This document shows, piece after piece, positions 36,047 through 50,019 of a stretch of 64,000 bases of DNA. Source of the stretch: Xylographa opegraphella (Eukaryota). The translations under genes were made by a program, and so were the position numbers. Below the pieces are notes generated by a model. It saw only the letters and a list, made by a program, of their open reading frames with translations, had not been told where the DNA came from and ran no database searches. The first letter of the stretch is position 1. The number at the start of each line of letters is the position of its first letter. The stretch is from contig JALDZX010000032.1 of NCBI GenBank assembly GCA_022813865.1, positions 62,001 to 126,000 on the forward strand. Reading direction: 5' to 3'.

Positions 36047-36556
36047 TCAGCCCCCACCCCTATTCCTCCTTGCACCCGTAGCACTATGACCCGAGTCGTC
36101 GTCGCTGTCGTCACGAAACCCAACTTCCAAGTCCCTGCTCAGCCTTCGATCTTCTCGAACTTCTGCACTCCTTCGACCTCTCACTTCTGGGATTCCTTCT
36201 ATGCCAAACCCTTCCTCTAATTCCTCATCTCCAAACGTAGAATCCGCACTGACTTGACTGCCCCGTCGGCCCCAACGGTTGCCAGCACCGGAGGGCGTGA
36301 TAGCATTCAAAATCCGGTGTCGCGTCCTGCTTATAAAGTTGTCTGGACCGGATGGCGAATATGCGGGTGGAAGGGAGACTGGAATATAATGGGCGTAGCG
36401 TTGGCGTTGACGGTATAGAGGTATCAGGACATATACTATAAGCAAGTAAATGGCCAAGGCGACCAGCGGAGGGATGAATAGTGTCTACCGGGTTAGCATC
36501 AAACGCGGTCGCCTGGAAGCAAAGAAACTCACCTTCCAGACCGAAGAGCCTGCCAT
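36047..36556 (-). CDS. Small single-pass membrane protein (fungal hypothetical)
   Basis: MAGSSVWK|intron|TLFIPPLVALAIYLLIVYVLIPLYRQRQRYAHYIP...GDEELEEG...RRLSRDLEVGFRDDSDDDS. Confidence 0.75.
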
Positions 36557-37378
36557 CGATACCTTGTTCTTCACCACTGGGTTCGCCGAAAAGAATGGTG
36601 GAGGAGTGGAAGAGTGCGGTAAGTTGCCAGGGAGTGAACGTGGAGCTACGGCTGACATCCCGCCCATGGTGCTACAAGGGTCTTTCATTGGGCCTCAACT
36701 CACACCTCGTGCATGAAGCGACAGACAAACTTCCCATAAACGCCGGCGATATGGGTATAGAAAGAACGGGAATCTCACAAGAAAGAATATATAGTCGTAT
36801 CCCTCGTAGCCAAAATTGACAGCTGCATCGCCTTAATTGCACTGGAATGCTTGAGCCACTGTTTTGGTGTCTTGGGCATCGAGGGATTGAACCATTTGAC
36901 GGACCGTCATTGTTCCGGCCAGAGGCGCTTGCAGGGGTCAGGGATACCGCATTCGGACACGAACGTCCCAACTAACCTGTTAGTCTTCACCCTGAAACTG
37001 AAACTCCAAGCCAGAAGACACTTCACGACACAACGACGACGATCGGGAGATTGTAGAAGGTCTGCAGGATTGACCGTATCTCTTGCAGCAAGCCTGCGGT
37101 AGCGCGTTCCTTCACATCTGTGCTTCGGTGCGGCCGCCATGTGAGCAAGCACTGAAGACGCGCTGTAGTCACAACAACCCCTAGACTGGCTTCTGATGCT
37201 CAGGAATTTCCGATGACGGTTGACATATTCCGCAATAACGGTGGCTATTGCTTTACGAAGTGGTTTGGAGAAAACGGAGGTCAGTCGAGTCCCAGGTGGC
37301 CGTCTTTCGGCGACAATCAAGCAGCAGGCGCGCTGACCGTTTGATAGCTGTAAGATAACTATATTCTAATCCTCAGCG

Positions 37379-40300
37379 ATGCCATCTACCACCCCTCCAG
37401 TCGACCCCAAATCGCGGCAGTCATCTGGCGGAAGGAGCTTCTTCGGAAGGAAACTCTACAAAGAGAGGTCGGCGGAGTCTAAAGTTTTTGAAGATGGTGG
37501 ATTATACCCCGAGGCGGCGAGTGCGAATAGTAGTGTCACAAACTCTAGGTCATCGCGGCACTCGCACAAAGAATCCCTGGACATGGATAGCGGTGTAGAT
37601 GTTGGCGGTTTGTCGATGACCGCTGGTGTCATAACGTCCATTCCATACGATAGCCTTTCCGACAGTAAAACCCCTATTCCCGTGGATTACCTCCCGAGAC
37701 CTGATCAGGTGCCAACACGCCGGGATCCGTTACCCCATCACTTGAACAAAGGTGGAGGTGACTTTCATCAATATCCCCAGTGGGATCCGCAGAAAGCACC
37801 GCCGAATACTGCCCATCTCACTGGACCTCGGCCCCCGCCGCACACCTCGCAGACAACAACGTCCAGTGCTGCCTCGCAGCGAGAACGACCAAACACGACC
37901 GTGAGATTTGGGACATCGACCAGTGCTGTGAATGGACAAATGGGCGGTTATCAGTCCACTTCTACCGTTGACTCGTCTACAAACCCAAGAAAGTCCTTCG
38001 ACCAAGCTAGTATATATTCTACAGTCTCTTCAACAACAGGAAGATCTAGCATCTTTTCCTCCGACAACTCGTCGCGAACTGCCATGCCGTCTCACGTGTA
38101 CGACAACTTTCAACGACCTAGTTCTTCGCATTCAACCTCTCGACAATCTCAATGGCACTCACCACAAGTCCCTTCCTTCAATTCCGCACCTTCTTTTACA
38201 CCTGATGGCTTCAACCTGAAGCCTCCAGAAGACGAGCGCGTCATCGAGGCCGAATTTATGGCGCTTATGCAAAAGCGCGGCTGGCAAAATCTTCCGGACC
38301 AAGCTCGAAGACAGATGTTAGCGTATCCTCATGCTAAAAAATGGACGCTGGTGTATCAAGACAAGCTGACCGAATGGCAAGGAGAGCAGAAAAGACGAGC
38401 AAATCCCAGGCAAACGATTATAGGATCTGATGGCGGATCGACCATAATCGGTAGAGCGGATGAGGAAGGGAGTCCCGAGTGGTATGTCAAGAAGGTTATG
38501 GATGATAGTATCAATGCACAGCAACTGCAGAGCCTGGGTGTCAGTCTTCGGACACAACCGATCCACTGGGTTAAGTCGTTTGTGGAAGCCCAAGGTCAAA
38601 TAGCTTTGACCAACGTCCTGGCAAAGATCAACCGACGGCAAGCTCAAGGACCAGCGCCTACGTCCGCGACTTCGAACGACAAGGATCTTGAGCGCGAATA
38701 CGACATTGTGAAATGTCTAAGAGCATTGATGAACAACAAGTACGGCGCGGACAATGCTCTTAATCATCAATCGGTCATCGTAGCTCTGGTAACGTGTCTC
38801 ATTTCCTCGCCAAGATTGACCACTCGAAAACTTGCGAGCGAGGTGCTTGTCTTCATATGTCATTGGGCTATGGGCGAAGGTCATCTAAAGGTTCTTATGG
38901 CAATGGACCATGTGAAGCATCAACAGGGAGAAAATGGCCGTTTCGATGCCTGGATAAGGGTCGTGGAGGTCACGATAGATGGCCGCGGGAAAATGGGAAG
39001 TCTCGTGGGTGCCAGCGAAGAGGTTCGAAGTGGAGGTGTTGGAATGGAGAATGTGCTCATGGAGTACGCCTTGGCTACCCTCTTCCTTATCAACATGATC
39101 GTCGATGCACCAGAGCAAGATTTACAACTGCGGTGTCATATTCGAACCCAGTTTACATCATGCGGTATCAGGCGGATACTGACAAAAATGGAGGGTTTCC
39201 AGTACGACGTCCTTGACAAGCAAGTGGAAAGATATCGAGAAAATGAAGCCATTGACTATGAGGATCTTCTGCAGCGGGAGAACAGCAGTATAAAGGACAG
39301 CATCGGAAGCGAAATCAAAGATATGCATGATCCCGCACAAATCGTGGAGGCGATCATGATGAAAGTGCAAGGTACTGGATCGCAAGACTACTTCGTCTCT
39401 GCATTGCAGCATATGCTTCTTATCCGGGAGAATGACAGTGACGACAGACTGCGGATGTTCCAGCTCGTCGAGGCTATGCTCAGCTACGTTGCAATGGATC
39501 GAAGACTGCCGGACATGGATCTCAAGCAAAGTCTCAATTTCACTGTGCAGAGCCTGCTCGACAAGCTCCACACAGATTCGGAAGCTCGTCAAGCTGTCGA
39601 TGAGGCTACTGAATATCGACAAATCGCGGACGCGGCGATTGCAGAGCGAGACGAGATGAAGGCACAGATTGAATTGGGTGCTGATGGTCTGGTGTCAAAA
39701 CTGCAAAAGCAAGTACAAGAACAAGCAGCCATCATTGATCTGCAAGCTCGGCAAAACGAGGCACTCAAGGCTGAGGTCGCCGAGTTGCAACGAATGCGGG
39801 CCCAAGATCTTCAGCGTAATGAACTAGAGACACGAGAACTTTATTTGATGCTTCGTGATGCCCAGGATTTTGCTGCCTCTGCGGCTAAGCATGGTGGCAA
39901 GGACCCAGCCTCTGTGGCAGATCCAAAGCAGATGCAGGGCATCCTCGACCGAGAGAGACTCATGGAGAGGCTGGAGATTCAACTTGAAAGAGCCAAAACA
40001 CAGTGTAAGCTTGAGGGGAAAGTTTGGCAGCAGACAGGACCATCAGATCGACTACGTGAACTTCGAGAGAAGATGGATGGGGATATAGTAGCTCGTCAAG
40101 AACCACCCTCCGATTATGGCAGCAAGCTGATTACCGGGGCTACTCGAAGGAAACCCGTCAACGACGCCCGGAAACTTGCTGCTGCAAATCTTGACACCGA
40201 AGAAGTGGCCAGTATCAATGTGCAGGAAGACGGCGAAGAAATCGTTCTGTATGAGAAGCCACGGTTGGTACAGATGACTCGACCGAAGCTAAATCCCGAA

Positions 40301-42818
40301 CAAGCAACCGGCCTCTTAGGGGAGATTGCTGCAAAGGTACCAAAGTACGACGCCGATGACGAAGATGACGTCGAAGATGATGGTATAACCACTGGTCCTT
40401 CTCATCCAAGCCTCGAATCTGATTCCCCAAAGACTCCGTCAGACGAAGGCCCGCCACGTGTAATCGATCCGAAGATTGGGTCCGGCTTCAATGGACCTCC
40501 ACCACCTCCTCCTCCGCCACCTCCACCCATGACATTGGCTACTGCTGCTGCTGCTGCCGATGCTTCAACAAGCTTCTCAGGCGGGCCGCCTCCTCCGCCG
40601 CCTCCAATGCCTCCACCAGGATTTTCCTCTAGTGGACCTCCACCACCGCCGCCACCACCGATGCCGGGAACCCCTATGACCCCTGGTTTTATATCTTCTC
40701 CACCGGTGCCTGGTGCTCCTCCTCTTCCGGGCCCAAAATCAGGCGGCTATCTCCGTCACCAACAATATGCCCCAACGCCTATACTTAGTATGCCATTCAT
40801 TCGGCCAAAGAAGAAGCTCAAGGCCTTACATTGGGACAAAGTGGACTCACCTCAGGTCACCGTATGGGCATCCCATGCTCCTACACACCAAGAGAAGGAG
40901 GAAAAGTATCTTGAACTCTCCAAGAAGGGCGTACTTGATGAGGTCGAGAAGTTGTTCATGGCAAAAGAAATTAAAGCCATTGGAGCAGGTGGGGCCAAGA
41001 AGTCTGAAAAGAAGCAGATCATATCCAGTGATCTAATGCGGTCATATCACATCTCGATGGCCAGATTCTCTCAGATATCAGTCGACGAGGTTGTTCGCAT
41101 GATTCTGCATTGTGACAAGGAGGTGCTGAACAACGACGTGGTCATGGACTTCTTGCAGAAAGATGATCTTTGCGTGATACCAGACAACACTGCCAAACTA
41201 ATGGCGCCATATAGTAAGGATTGGACTGGCGCAAACGCTCTCAAGACTCCACGAGAACAGGATCCGGCTGAGCTTACCAGAGAAGATCAAATATATCTAC
41301 AGACCGCTTTTGAGCTTCATCACTATTGGAAATCCAGGATGAGAGCTCTTGCTCTCACGAGAAGCTTTGAACCTGAATACAATGAGATCTCAAAACACTT
41401 AAACGAGGTCGTTCGGGTCTCTGAATCACTGCGTGATTCTGTTTCATTCATGAACGTCCTGGGTCTCATTCTAGACATTGGTAACTACATGAATGACTCT
41501 AACAAACAGGCCTCTGGATTTAAGCTTAGCTCGCTAGCTCGTCTCGGAATGATCAAAGATGACAAAAACGAATCCACTTTCGCAGATCTGGTCGAGCGTA
41601 TTGTTCGCACTCAGTATCCCCAGTGGGAAAGCTTTGCGGATGACATTGGTGGTGTCGTGACGGCACAAAAGATGAATGTTGAACAACTCCAATTGGATGC
41701 GAAGCGCTACATCGAAAACATCAAGAATGTCCAGTTGTCCCTCGACTCGGGCAATCTTAGCGATCCGAAGCGCTTTCATCCACAGGATCGCGTCAGTCAA
41801 ATTGTAACGAGGTCCATGAAAGAAGCCCGGCGAAAAGCGGAACAAATGCAGTTGTACCTTGACGAGATGACTCGCTCGTATAACGATATAATGACATTCT
41901 ACGGCGAGGACAGTACCGATGACAATGCTCGGAGAGACTTCTTTGCGAAGTTGGCTGTCTTCGTCACGGAGTGGAGAGTACGTAACAATTTCATCCATCT
42001 GTGTAGTCGAAGCATGCTAATTGGTTGCGAAGAAATCTAGAGAAAAGAACATGAGCATGGAAGAAAATCGTCGTCGAAACGAGGCCTCAATGGCTCGCAA
42101 GCGCGCTGCTAATGGTGTAAACCCATCTGCAGTTGCCACAGGGACGAGCTCACCAGATAGCCCAACATCGCCAGCTGGCACAGGCGCCATGGACTCCTTG
42201 CTCGAGAAGTTACGCGCCGCTGCTCCTCAGACAAGAGATCAACGTGATCGTAGACGCAGAGCGAGGCTGAAAGACAAACACCAGGTCAGGATTGCAAGTG
42301 GTCAAAAGATGCCAGATTTAGCAGAGCTTGCAAAAGGAGACACCGCAACAGACGATGCTAATGGCACACTGCTTAATCCCACGATTGCCGAAGCCCCGGA
42401 ACAGGAAGGTAGAGAAGTTTCTGAAGGTGAAGACATTGCTGATAGAGCAGCGAGTATGCTTCAGGGTTTGAGGGGCGACGGTGCCGCCGATGGCGATGAT
42501 CTCAGCCAAAGTGGTAGCATTCGCGTGAGGAGGCGGAGAGAGAGCGCAGATGTAGAACGAAGAGATCGGCGCAGAAGGCGTACGCCTGCTGGAAGTAGCA
42601 GCAGCAATGCCAATGTCGGAAGCGAGACCGGGCTGTCCGAATCGGCTTCCATCCCTGAGGAGATTGGTGCGCAGGAGGCAGAGTTGAGTAAGGGCAGGGT
42701 GGGGCCAGTAGCTGAGGAGAGCGTGGCCGCAGAACAACCTCCGACACCAGTCACCATGATCAGCCCGCCCACGCCAGAACCGGGAACGGAAAAGAGGCCG
42801 CTGGAGATACTGGATTGA
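37379..42818 (+). CDS. sepA: Formin (GBD/FH3, FH1 poly-Pro, FH2, DAD)
   Basis: 1553-aa ORF with a GBD (SLGVSLRTQPIHWVKSF), poly-Pro FH1 and FH2 (KKKLKALHWDKV, GNYMN, ASGFKLSSL). One intron near 41979-42032 leads to the DAD motif MDSLLEKLR. Confidence 0.96.
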
Positions 42819-43838
42819 TGTGACATGTTGTCCCGTTTCGCAAGACTTTTCATTCGTGTATACTGCTTCATTATTCAATACCCCTGTACATGTTCTCTTC
42901 ATTTTCGTTCGTGTGGTATTTTCAGCATAGCGTGCGAATGGGTTACGAAGTGGAACTGTCGTCCTCGATGGTCAGGGGGTGCCACGTGGGAACCCGGAAC
43001 GGTCCCGTTGGATGTGGAGGACTGTAAGACAGGCTGTATAGGGATAGATGATAGGCAACACCGTTAATGGAGACTAATCGGTGGTCTTACGAGCAAATTT
43101 CTGTCATTCAATGCTTTCTACGTGACCTCTTACCCGTTCACTGGACTGTGTATGTTCACATACTATACACCGAAGGCCGAGCCGAATTTATACTTATTGA
43201 ATATCCTCTAGAACGGGTTTTGACTTTTTATCCGATGCAGATTTGACTCTTTGGGAGTTTTGAAGCTGTGTTGCTCTATATAGAGTTATGGTCAGCGTTC
43301 CGAAGATTAGCTCGTATACAGACTTGTAAAGGACGATGCACATTGGGTTTCACATCTGCACCAGCTGCATCCGATGCATAGCACTTCATTGAAAGTGTTA
43401 TATTCGCAGAGAGTCTTGCCGGTGCCGTGGGTGGTTTTGCCGGATCCACAGGTTAGGTTCGTGCTGCGAGGAAGGTAAGGCGGCGGGCAAAGCGATGTAA
43501 TCGAGTAAAGGAGTGGCTGCTACGAAATATTCCTTTGGTTGGTGGGAGACGGACTGCAAGCAGGTTTAGACATGTCTTGATTCCAAAGTGAGAAACTATT
43601 CCTTGCAGATGGTGAATGTGGCGGTTCTCTATCCGGAGTCGAAGTCGTGTCCATGTTCAATTCAAGCTGAGGGTTTGCGGAAGGACCCCTGTAGCTTCCA
43701 GCCCTACCGTACGCTAGGCTCCGTCGGCGTTAAGCAAGGATATAAGCCAAGCTCCACAGCTTTTATCCGTGACTCCCATTCATTGATGATCGAGCATGAT
43801 CTCGAGTATCGTCCAACAGCACTGACGCAGGAGGTAGT

Positions 43839-45112
43839 ATGAACACCGCCCAAGGTAAGAATTTTCATGCCACGGGACGCTTCACACGCTGACACTGTAT
43901 TCATCAGATGCGCAAACGCAACAACTCCCCCAGCAGTCTTCGTTTGTCTTCCCCAATGGTCCCCCATCTTCCACCACGGCTAACGAATCCAGGCTGTCCT
44001 TCACGCAAGGCTTTCTCCTCGGCCAGCTCTCCATCGTGATCCTCATCGGGGCCTTTATCAAGTTCTTCATCTTCGGCGAGCCCCCGTCCAGCCACAGCCC
44101 CACATCCTCCTTCGCGGTCTCGACCTCGGGCTCCGGGCCCAGTTACCACAAACGAGTGCCATCCCTCCGTCACAAGCCTTCCACGTCGGCCCCGACGACG
44201 ATTCTCGCGAAGACGTATTACAACACCCACGCTCATCAGCCCGAGTCCCTGGACTGGTTCAACGTCCTCATCGCGCAAACGATCGCTCAATTCCGGGCCG
44301 ATGCGCATGCCGACAACGCGATCCTGACCTCGCTGACGACGTTTCTCAATGGGGCGCAGAAGCCAGAGTTCTTGGCGGGTATCAAGGTTACGGAAATCAA
44401 TCTTGGGGAGGAGTACCCCATTTTCAGTAATTGCCGCGTGCATCCTGTGGAAGAGGGGGATGGCACCGGAGGCGGCAGGTTGCAGGCGTGGATGGATGTC
44501 GATCTTAGCGATGCCGTGACGCTCGGAATCGAGACGACGATGGTGCTGAACTACCCGCGCCTGAAGACGGCCGTCTTGCCCGTCGCGCTGAGCGTGAGCG
44601 TCGTCCGCTTCAGCGGGACGTTGTCGATTTCCTTCGTCCCAGTATCCGCGCCAGCTCCTGGCGGCGGGCCAGGCGACCCACAAGGCGATCGGCCGAGTAG
44701 CTCCACCTCTACGCATACGCCCACATCATTGGCCTTCTCCTTCCTGCCGAACTACACCCTTTCCCTCTCGACCCGCTCCCTGCTCGGCTCGCGCTCTCGG
44801 CTGCAGGACGTGCCCAAGATCGCGCAGCTGGTCGAAAGCAGACTGCGGATGTGGTTCGAGGAGCGCTGCGTGCAGCCACGCATGCAGCAGGTCGCGGTGC
44901 CGAATCTGTGGCCGCGGATGAAGAATGTGGTCGAGGGCGAAGGGGGCAAGCAGCAAGGGCCGGGTCCTAGGGAGCGGGACGTGCGGGAGGAGGCGCGGAG
45001 GGAAGTGGAAGATGAGAGGCGGGAGAGGGACGGGCTGGGCTTGAGGTGGAGAGCTGCGGGGCGGGGAGAATACGAGATGCCGGGACCTATGCCTGGGATG
45101 ATGGTGTCGTGA
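43839..45112 (+). CDS. MMM1: ERMES subunit Mmm1 (SMP domain)
   Basis: [45 protein letters not shown] and [21 protein letters not shown]; two short 5' introns. Confidence 0.93.
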
Positions 45113-45405
45113 GGATAGGTACAGCTGTCCCAGAACAGGGCGAGGGCGTGGTTAAGATTTGCTCGGCTCTGTGCCGAGCTTCAGTCTTGAAACTCAATTC
45201 ACAGCTTGGACCATTCAACAATTTTCACTGCCGATGCTACTGTCGTCTTCTCGCATCCGAAAAAAATACAATTTCTGGCACAAACGCCCCCTTTACTTCG
45301 AACCGGCTCAAGCGCAGCCCAACCATCAATCCACCAACGGAAACCCCCACGATACATGCGGGGGAAAAAAAGAACGCAGCAAACAAACCATCACCCCCTG
45401 CACCC

Positions 45406-46000
45406 TCACACCTTATTCGGATCCGTCGGCACCATCTTCTCCACCAGCTTCGCGTCCGCCTTCTTGCGCCACTCGTTCAGCTTGCCCATGAAGCCGTCGT
45501 CGGCCGTCTTGTTCTCCTTGTGGTCCCACTCCTCCTCGTGGTGCTCGATCATGCCGCTCCGCAGCTGCAGCGTGACGAGCGAGTTCAGCGTCTTGGCCTG
45601 GCCCGTCTTGAAGACGTACCGCTGCGTCAGGTCCAGCCGCAGCGCCTGCGGCTCCGACGGGTCGTCCAGCACGCGGTAGGATTCTGTCGTGCTGCTCGAG
45701 AAGGCTTTGGGCATCCCGTTGAATTGCGACTTGATGCTGTCGAGCCCCTTGGCGATGGAGACCTAAGGTGGGTGGGGGAGGGGGGAAGTCAGCGGGTGTG
45801 TGTCAAGGCGGTGAATACTAGGGGAGGGGGCTGCGTACTGGGTCATGGAAGACGGCGGTGGGGGAGTAGTGTGCGTAGGACTTGTCGGTCGGGCGCGCTT
45901 GGTAGAGGGAGAGGACCTCGTTGATGATCTCTTGCTCCTGCGGCGTGGGCTGTCGGCTGGGGAGGGCTTTGCTGTCCTGGTTGAGACTCGTGGTCGGCAT
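45406..46000 (-). CDS. SnoaL/NTF2-like fold hypothetical protein
   Basis: VLSLYQARPTDKSYAHYSPTAVFHDP|VSIAKGLDSIKSQFNGMPKAF...IEHHEEEWDHK; one intron. Confidence 0.75.
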
Positions 46001-48084
46001 GATGAATGGGTGTGTGGGGAATGGATCTGATAGAGGCAGGGGGCGTTTGGCGGTGCTGGCTAGATGGGATGAGCTTGGGTAGGTAAGCTGTCTGACTGTT
46101 CAACGATGCTGTGGGATTCCGGAAGGCGAGGGGCGAACTGAGGCCGACGCCTTCCTTATATGTGCATGGCTGGCAACGGTGTGTTCACGTCATGATGTGG
46201 AGATCGCGGTCGAAGGCGTAGCGCGCGATCTTGCATGATGACGGCGGTTAGGGCTTGCGATTAGGGTGCGGGTGGCGGAGAGGGGGGGGCTCGTAGCAAT
46301 GGTAATGAGTCTGTGGCGAAAAAATCCTGGCTTTGGCGAGGCGCGGAGTTTATTGTACATTGTATCTTCCTTTAATTGGGGGTGATTACTTTGACGGGCA
46401 TGCTGATGGGTTTTTTGGTTTTCATTGAAGACCCGCTCGCAGCTGCGTTAGTAAGAGGTCTCGCTTCTGGTAGATTATAGCTGTTGCCCCTCGGTCGAAT
46501 TTGAGGACGAGGGGAGCGTTGCGTTCCTCCATTTCGGCTTTGCTTCTGTTCAGTCGGGCCAATTTTCAATTGCATGTTTTACATCTCAGATCTGCTAGAT
46601 GATGTAGGTATGGTGCATGCCTGCGTTGACACTGTAAAGCCTTCTGAGGCTCTCCCCTGCTGTCATCCTGTCTTCAAGCTGCCCTCGACTCCGGTCATAA
46701 TTTGCTGCGAGTTTCCCAGCGTCGATGAATGGCAAGGGTGGTATTGAGATCGATGAGAAATCGCGAGGAACACCGAGATGTAGCCCAGTCGTGTGCGTCA
46801 CAAATATATAAGGCATTCGCTACGTTTATGTTACAATTTACGTTACCCATCGCTGGAGTCCGCACGCTTTGCCTGAGTGGCTGCGATTCTGGAGCAGAGT
46901 GTATGGTGCAGTGCTGGAAGCTTAGCCTGGTGTAGAGACCACCTGTGCTGTGGGATACAGATTACCTTGTCCTGCCGTTTCCCGGAATCGTCTCAAGTGC
47001 GCAGATTACTATGGAAGAAAGAGATTGCAGAAATCTTGTCCGGATCTTTTGATCATATGTTATCAGCTACTCTATTCTACAGCAGGCCCTGGGAGAGGAG
47101 CAGTAGCGGGGGGGGTGAGGAACCCGAGGACAGAGAACGAGGATACGAGCTTCGGCGAGCGCGGACAGAGTAGTGGGGAGATGGAATCACGGGTAAGGGG
47201 GGTTTCAGGAAAGGGGAGAGTGGCGATATGTTAAATCAGTCGGAGCGTGGAGATGCGTCGGCACAGACCTTGCAGTATACGGACATCGCAGCATGAGAGG
47301 AAGGGCCCGGGCCAGTACACGGCCGGCCGGCTATAGAAGGCTGACATCAGTGTTCAGAGACAGGGGAGCCAGCCTTCTTCGTGGGGAGGTAAGTACGACG
47401 AGCTATCATGCTGGCTATGGCGGCGGTCAAGGCAAATTTCGCATTGTGGGGCACGAGAAGATGTATAAGCACGCCCGATTGGGTAATCGGGATGAAGTTG
47501 CAGCTGGTAAAGAGGATGGTGAATGCGAGGCAGGCTGGGTGAACCGTTTGAAAGCCAAGTTAGAATCTGCTTTATAAATGCTGGATGAACCCGTCCTTGA
47601 ATACACACACCACCATCAGAAATGGACCCGATGGACCCTTGCACCGAACAACTCAGACTCGGATCGAAACAATGAAACGCCTCTTCAGAGCTCAAAACCC
47701 GTGACTTGAGCTAGTTTTCGATTTGAGAGCCCCTTAAGCACTGTCACGCTTTGGGAAAGGAGATGTGTTGAACAAGTTATACCTTGACCCCTCCGCACCT
47801 GCGTGAGTATACCAAATATAATACTCGGATGTCGAGTTTGCGATAAAGCACCTTATATTACATGAAGAGTAGTTCAGCCCATTATCCCTCTAGTCTCCAA
47901 CATCGAAGGATTCTCGAGACTAGAACGCGTTCCCCCATCGCGTACGTTGGAGCGTCAGAAGCCATCCAGCAGCACGGGCAATGCTTTAATCCACTTTCAT
48001 AACGCCGGAAGCCCATCATTTCACCAGCACCAGTTTTGCCCTTGAAAACGCAAACTTCGTTTTCCTTTCTTTCGTTTTTGAGAT

Positions 48085-49397
48085 TCATGATCTCATTGAA
48101 TCCCTGGCACTTTGGCTGCTCGCACTCACTAGCGGCGCTACAATAGGTAATCCAACATTCTTGGATTGCTGAGACTGCTTCAATTTGGCAATAGCATACA
48201 CTATACCACTTAAAGAACCTATAGCAATGGCAGAGACACTCGGGATGGTGACCGGCGCATCGAAGAAGATCAGACCGCTAACAGCAATAGGGATTTTGTT
48301 GAGTGCACCGGCCATCGAGTAAGTAGCAGCAGATGTAGCACGAACACACCATGCGGATGCATAGGATATGAAGATGGTCCCAAGCCCAGTGACAACCATG
48401 GCAAATATGATGTTGTTGCGTGATTCCACCGGGAAATTCTTGCTGACATTTTCAGACGACCAATTTTCAAGGACCAGAGAGCAGACTATCAGGATAGGGA
48501 TCGTAAGGAGATTGTTGTAGAACATTGCTGGTCAAGCCGATTAGCGATTTACCATATAAAGACCGCTTGGCAACTTACTGTCAAAGTCCTTGAAATTGGT
48601 GAGCTTGATTCGCTTTCGCATTCCCAGGACGTAGCTGGAAGTGCAGAAGCAGTTCATCAACATCCACATGTATCCTGCGTTCAGGGTAGATATCTTCGCC
48701 GAGGCTTCTGTATTGGAGTGCCCGTAGTTTTGCAATGCGTGTTGGATGTCTGCCCATGCCGCGACGACAGAGCTGAGCACGATGAGACCGAATGAAAACA
48801 AGGTTAATCTTGTCACAGATCCGCCAAACCACAATACCTCTCCGTATGCTGTTATGATGATTGTAAGGTTCTTGAAGATAGTGTATACGGGTATGGACAG
48901 GTATTGTATGGCCTTGGTGCCGGTATATATCATGCCAACCAGAAGCAGAGACACCGGGAACCCTGTCGAAATCGTAAGCATATGCAGAGGTCGAATATGG
49001 TTGATATCTTACATTTGCGGGCCTCATCAACATTGAAATCTCGATAGCTTATGACTCCTAAAGTCTTCATGGTTTGAATCGCGGTAACACACACTACACC
49101 CTAGCAGTGGCTGTCAGCCAAAGTCCACGACGCAGCCAAGATACCGCCTACCTGCACGCAGAGAAGAAAGAAGTTCAGGTTGAAGTCCGAGCCTCCGGAC
49201 AGAACGTATTTGTTCAGTACTGTCATCAGAATCGAGGAGGCGCAATAGGCAAGAATTGGCACGATCGGATTATGGGTGACGGAAGCCATTGCTAATTGCG
49301 GAGCAGGACGATATGTGGCTTTGGGCGCTTCAAATCGGTCTCCATTGCGGTCACCCATCTCAATTGCAAAGTCATCTCGCTTCTTGTCGTCCGCCAT
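48085..49397 (-). CDS. VRG4: Golgi GDP-mannose transporter
   Basis: [37 protein letters not shown] and the GALNK signature. Confidence 0.95.
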
Positions 49398-50019
49398 CTT
49401 GTAGAGCGGAAGTGGTAGCTGGTTTGGGTCGAAGGTTGGGAATTTGGCAATGGAGGAGCTATTCGCTCAAGCTCTATACGGAAGCAGCGCTTCGCAAGAC
49501 GAAGGCGCGTAGACTGCTGTAGTGAATGAGCGACTGCTCAAGTCATCCAAGACCGCACAGGAAGACGACAGACTTTGCGTTGAAGTAGGTGCAAAACGGT
49601 TGATTGGCAACGTTTCGGCTTGAGGCTCGGAACGTTTTTCGCGAACGCTCGCCCTGGACGTGATCGCTGCCCCTAGCAGGGATGTTTCGTATCTGATTCA
49701 ACAAACGGCTTCCAATTATAGCAACGACATTCACCCACGACTCATACTCTTGCAAGAGTCTACCTTTGCCTGATCGCATTCGTGTTGGCTCAGCTGCTGA
49801 TTTTGAGACACTTACCGAATATTCGCTCTGTTCAATTGACGTATTGTTCTCCAAAGCGGCGCTTGTGGCTAGTTATCAAACAGCGAGCTCAAATTCCAGA
49901 TCAAGAGGTGTTCTGTCAGCTACGTATAATCGACTTTAGCAATACCAGGGAACCGCGTCTTGAGGGATCGTAGGGTGGCATCAGTTCGCAAGCTGTCTGG
50001 TCTATACAGCACTGACATT

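Noticed and set aside
43904..45924. ORFs 43904-44716(-) and 45046-45924(+)
   Set aside because: Antisense shadows of MMM1 and the SnoaL-like gene.
46300..47900. Possible hidden multi-exon gene between the SnoaL-like gene and VRG4
   Set aside because: Some GTAAG donors are present, but I could not assemble a consistent, recognisable reading frame.
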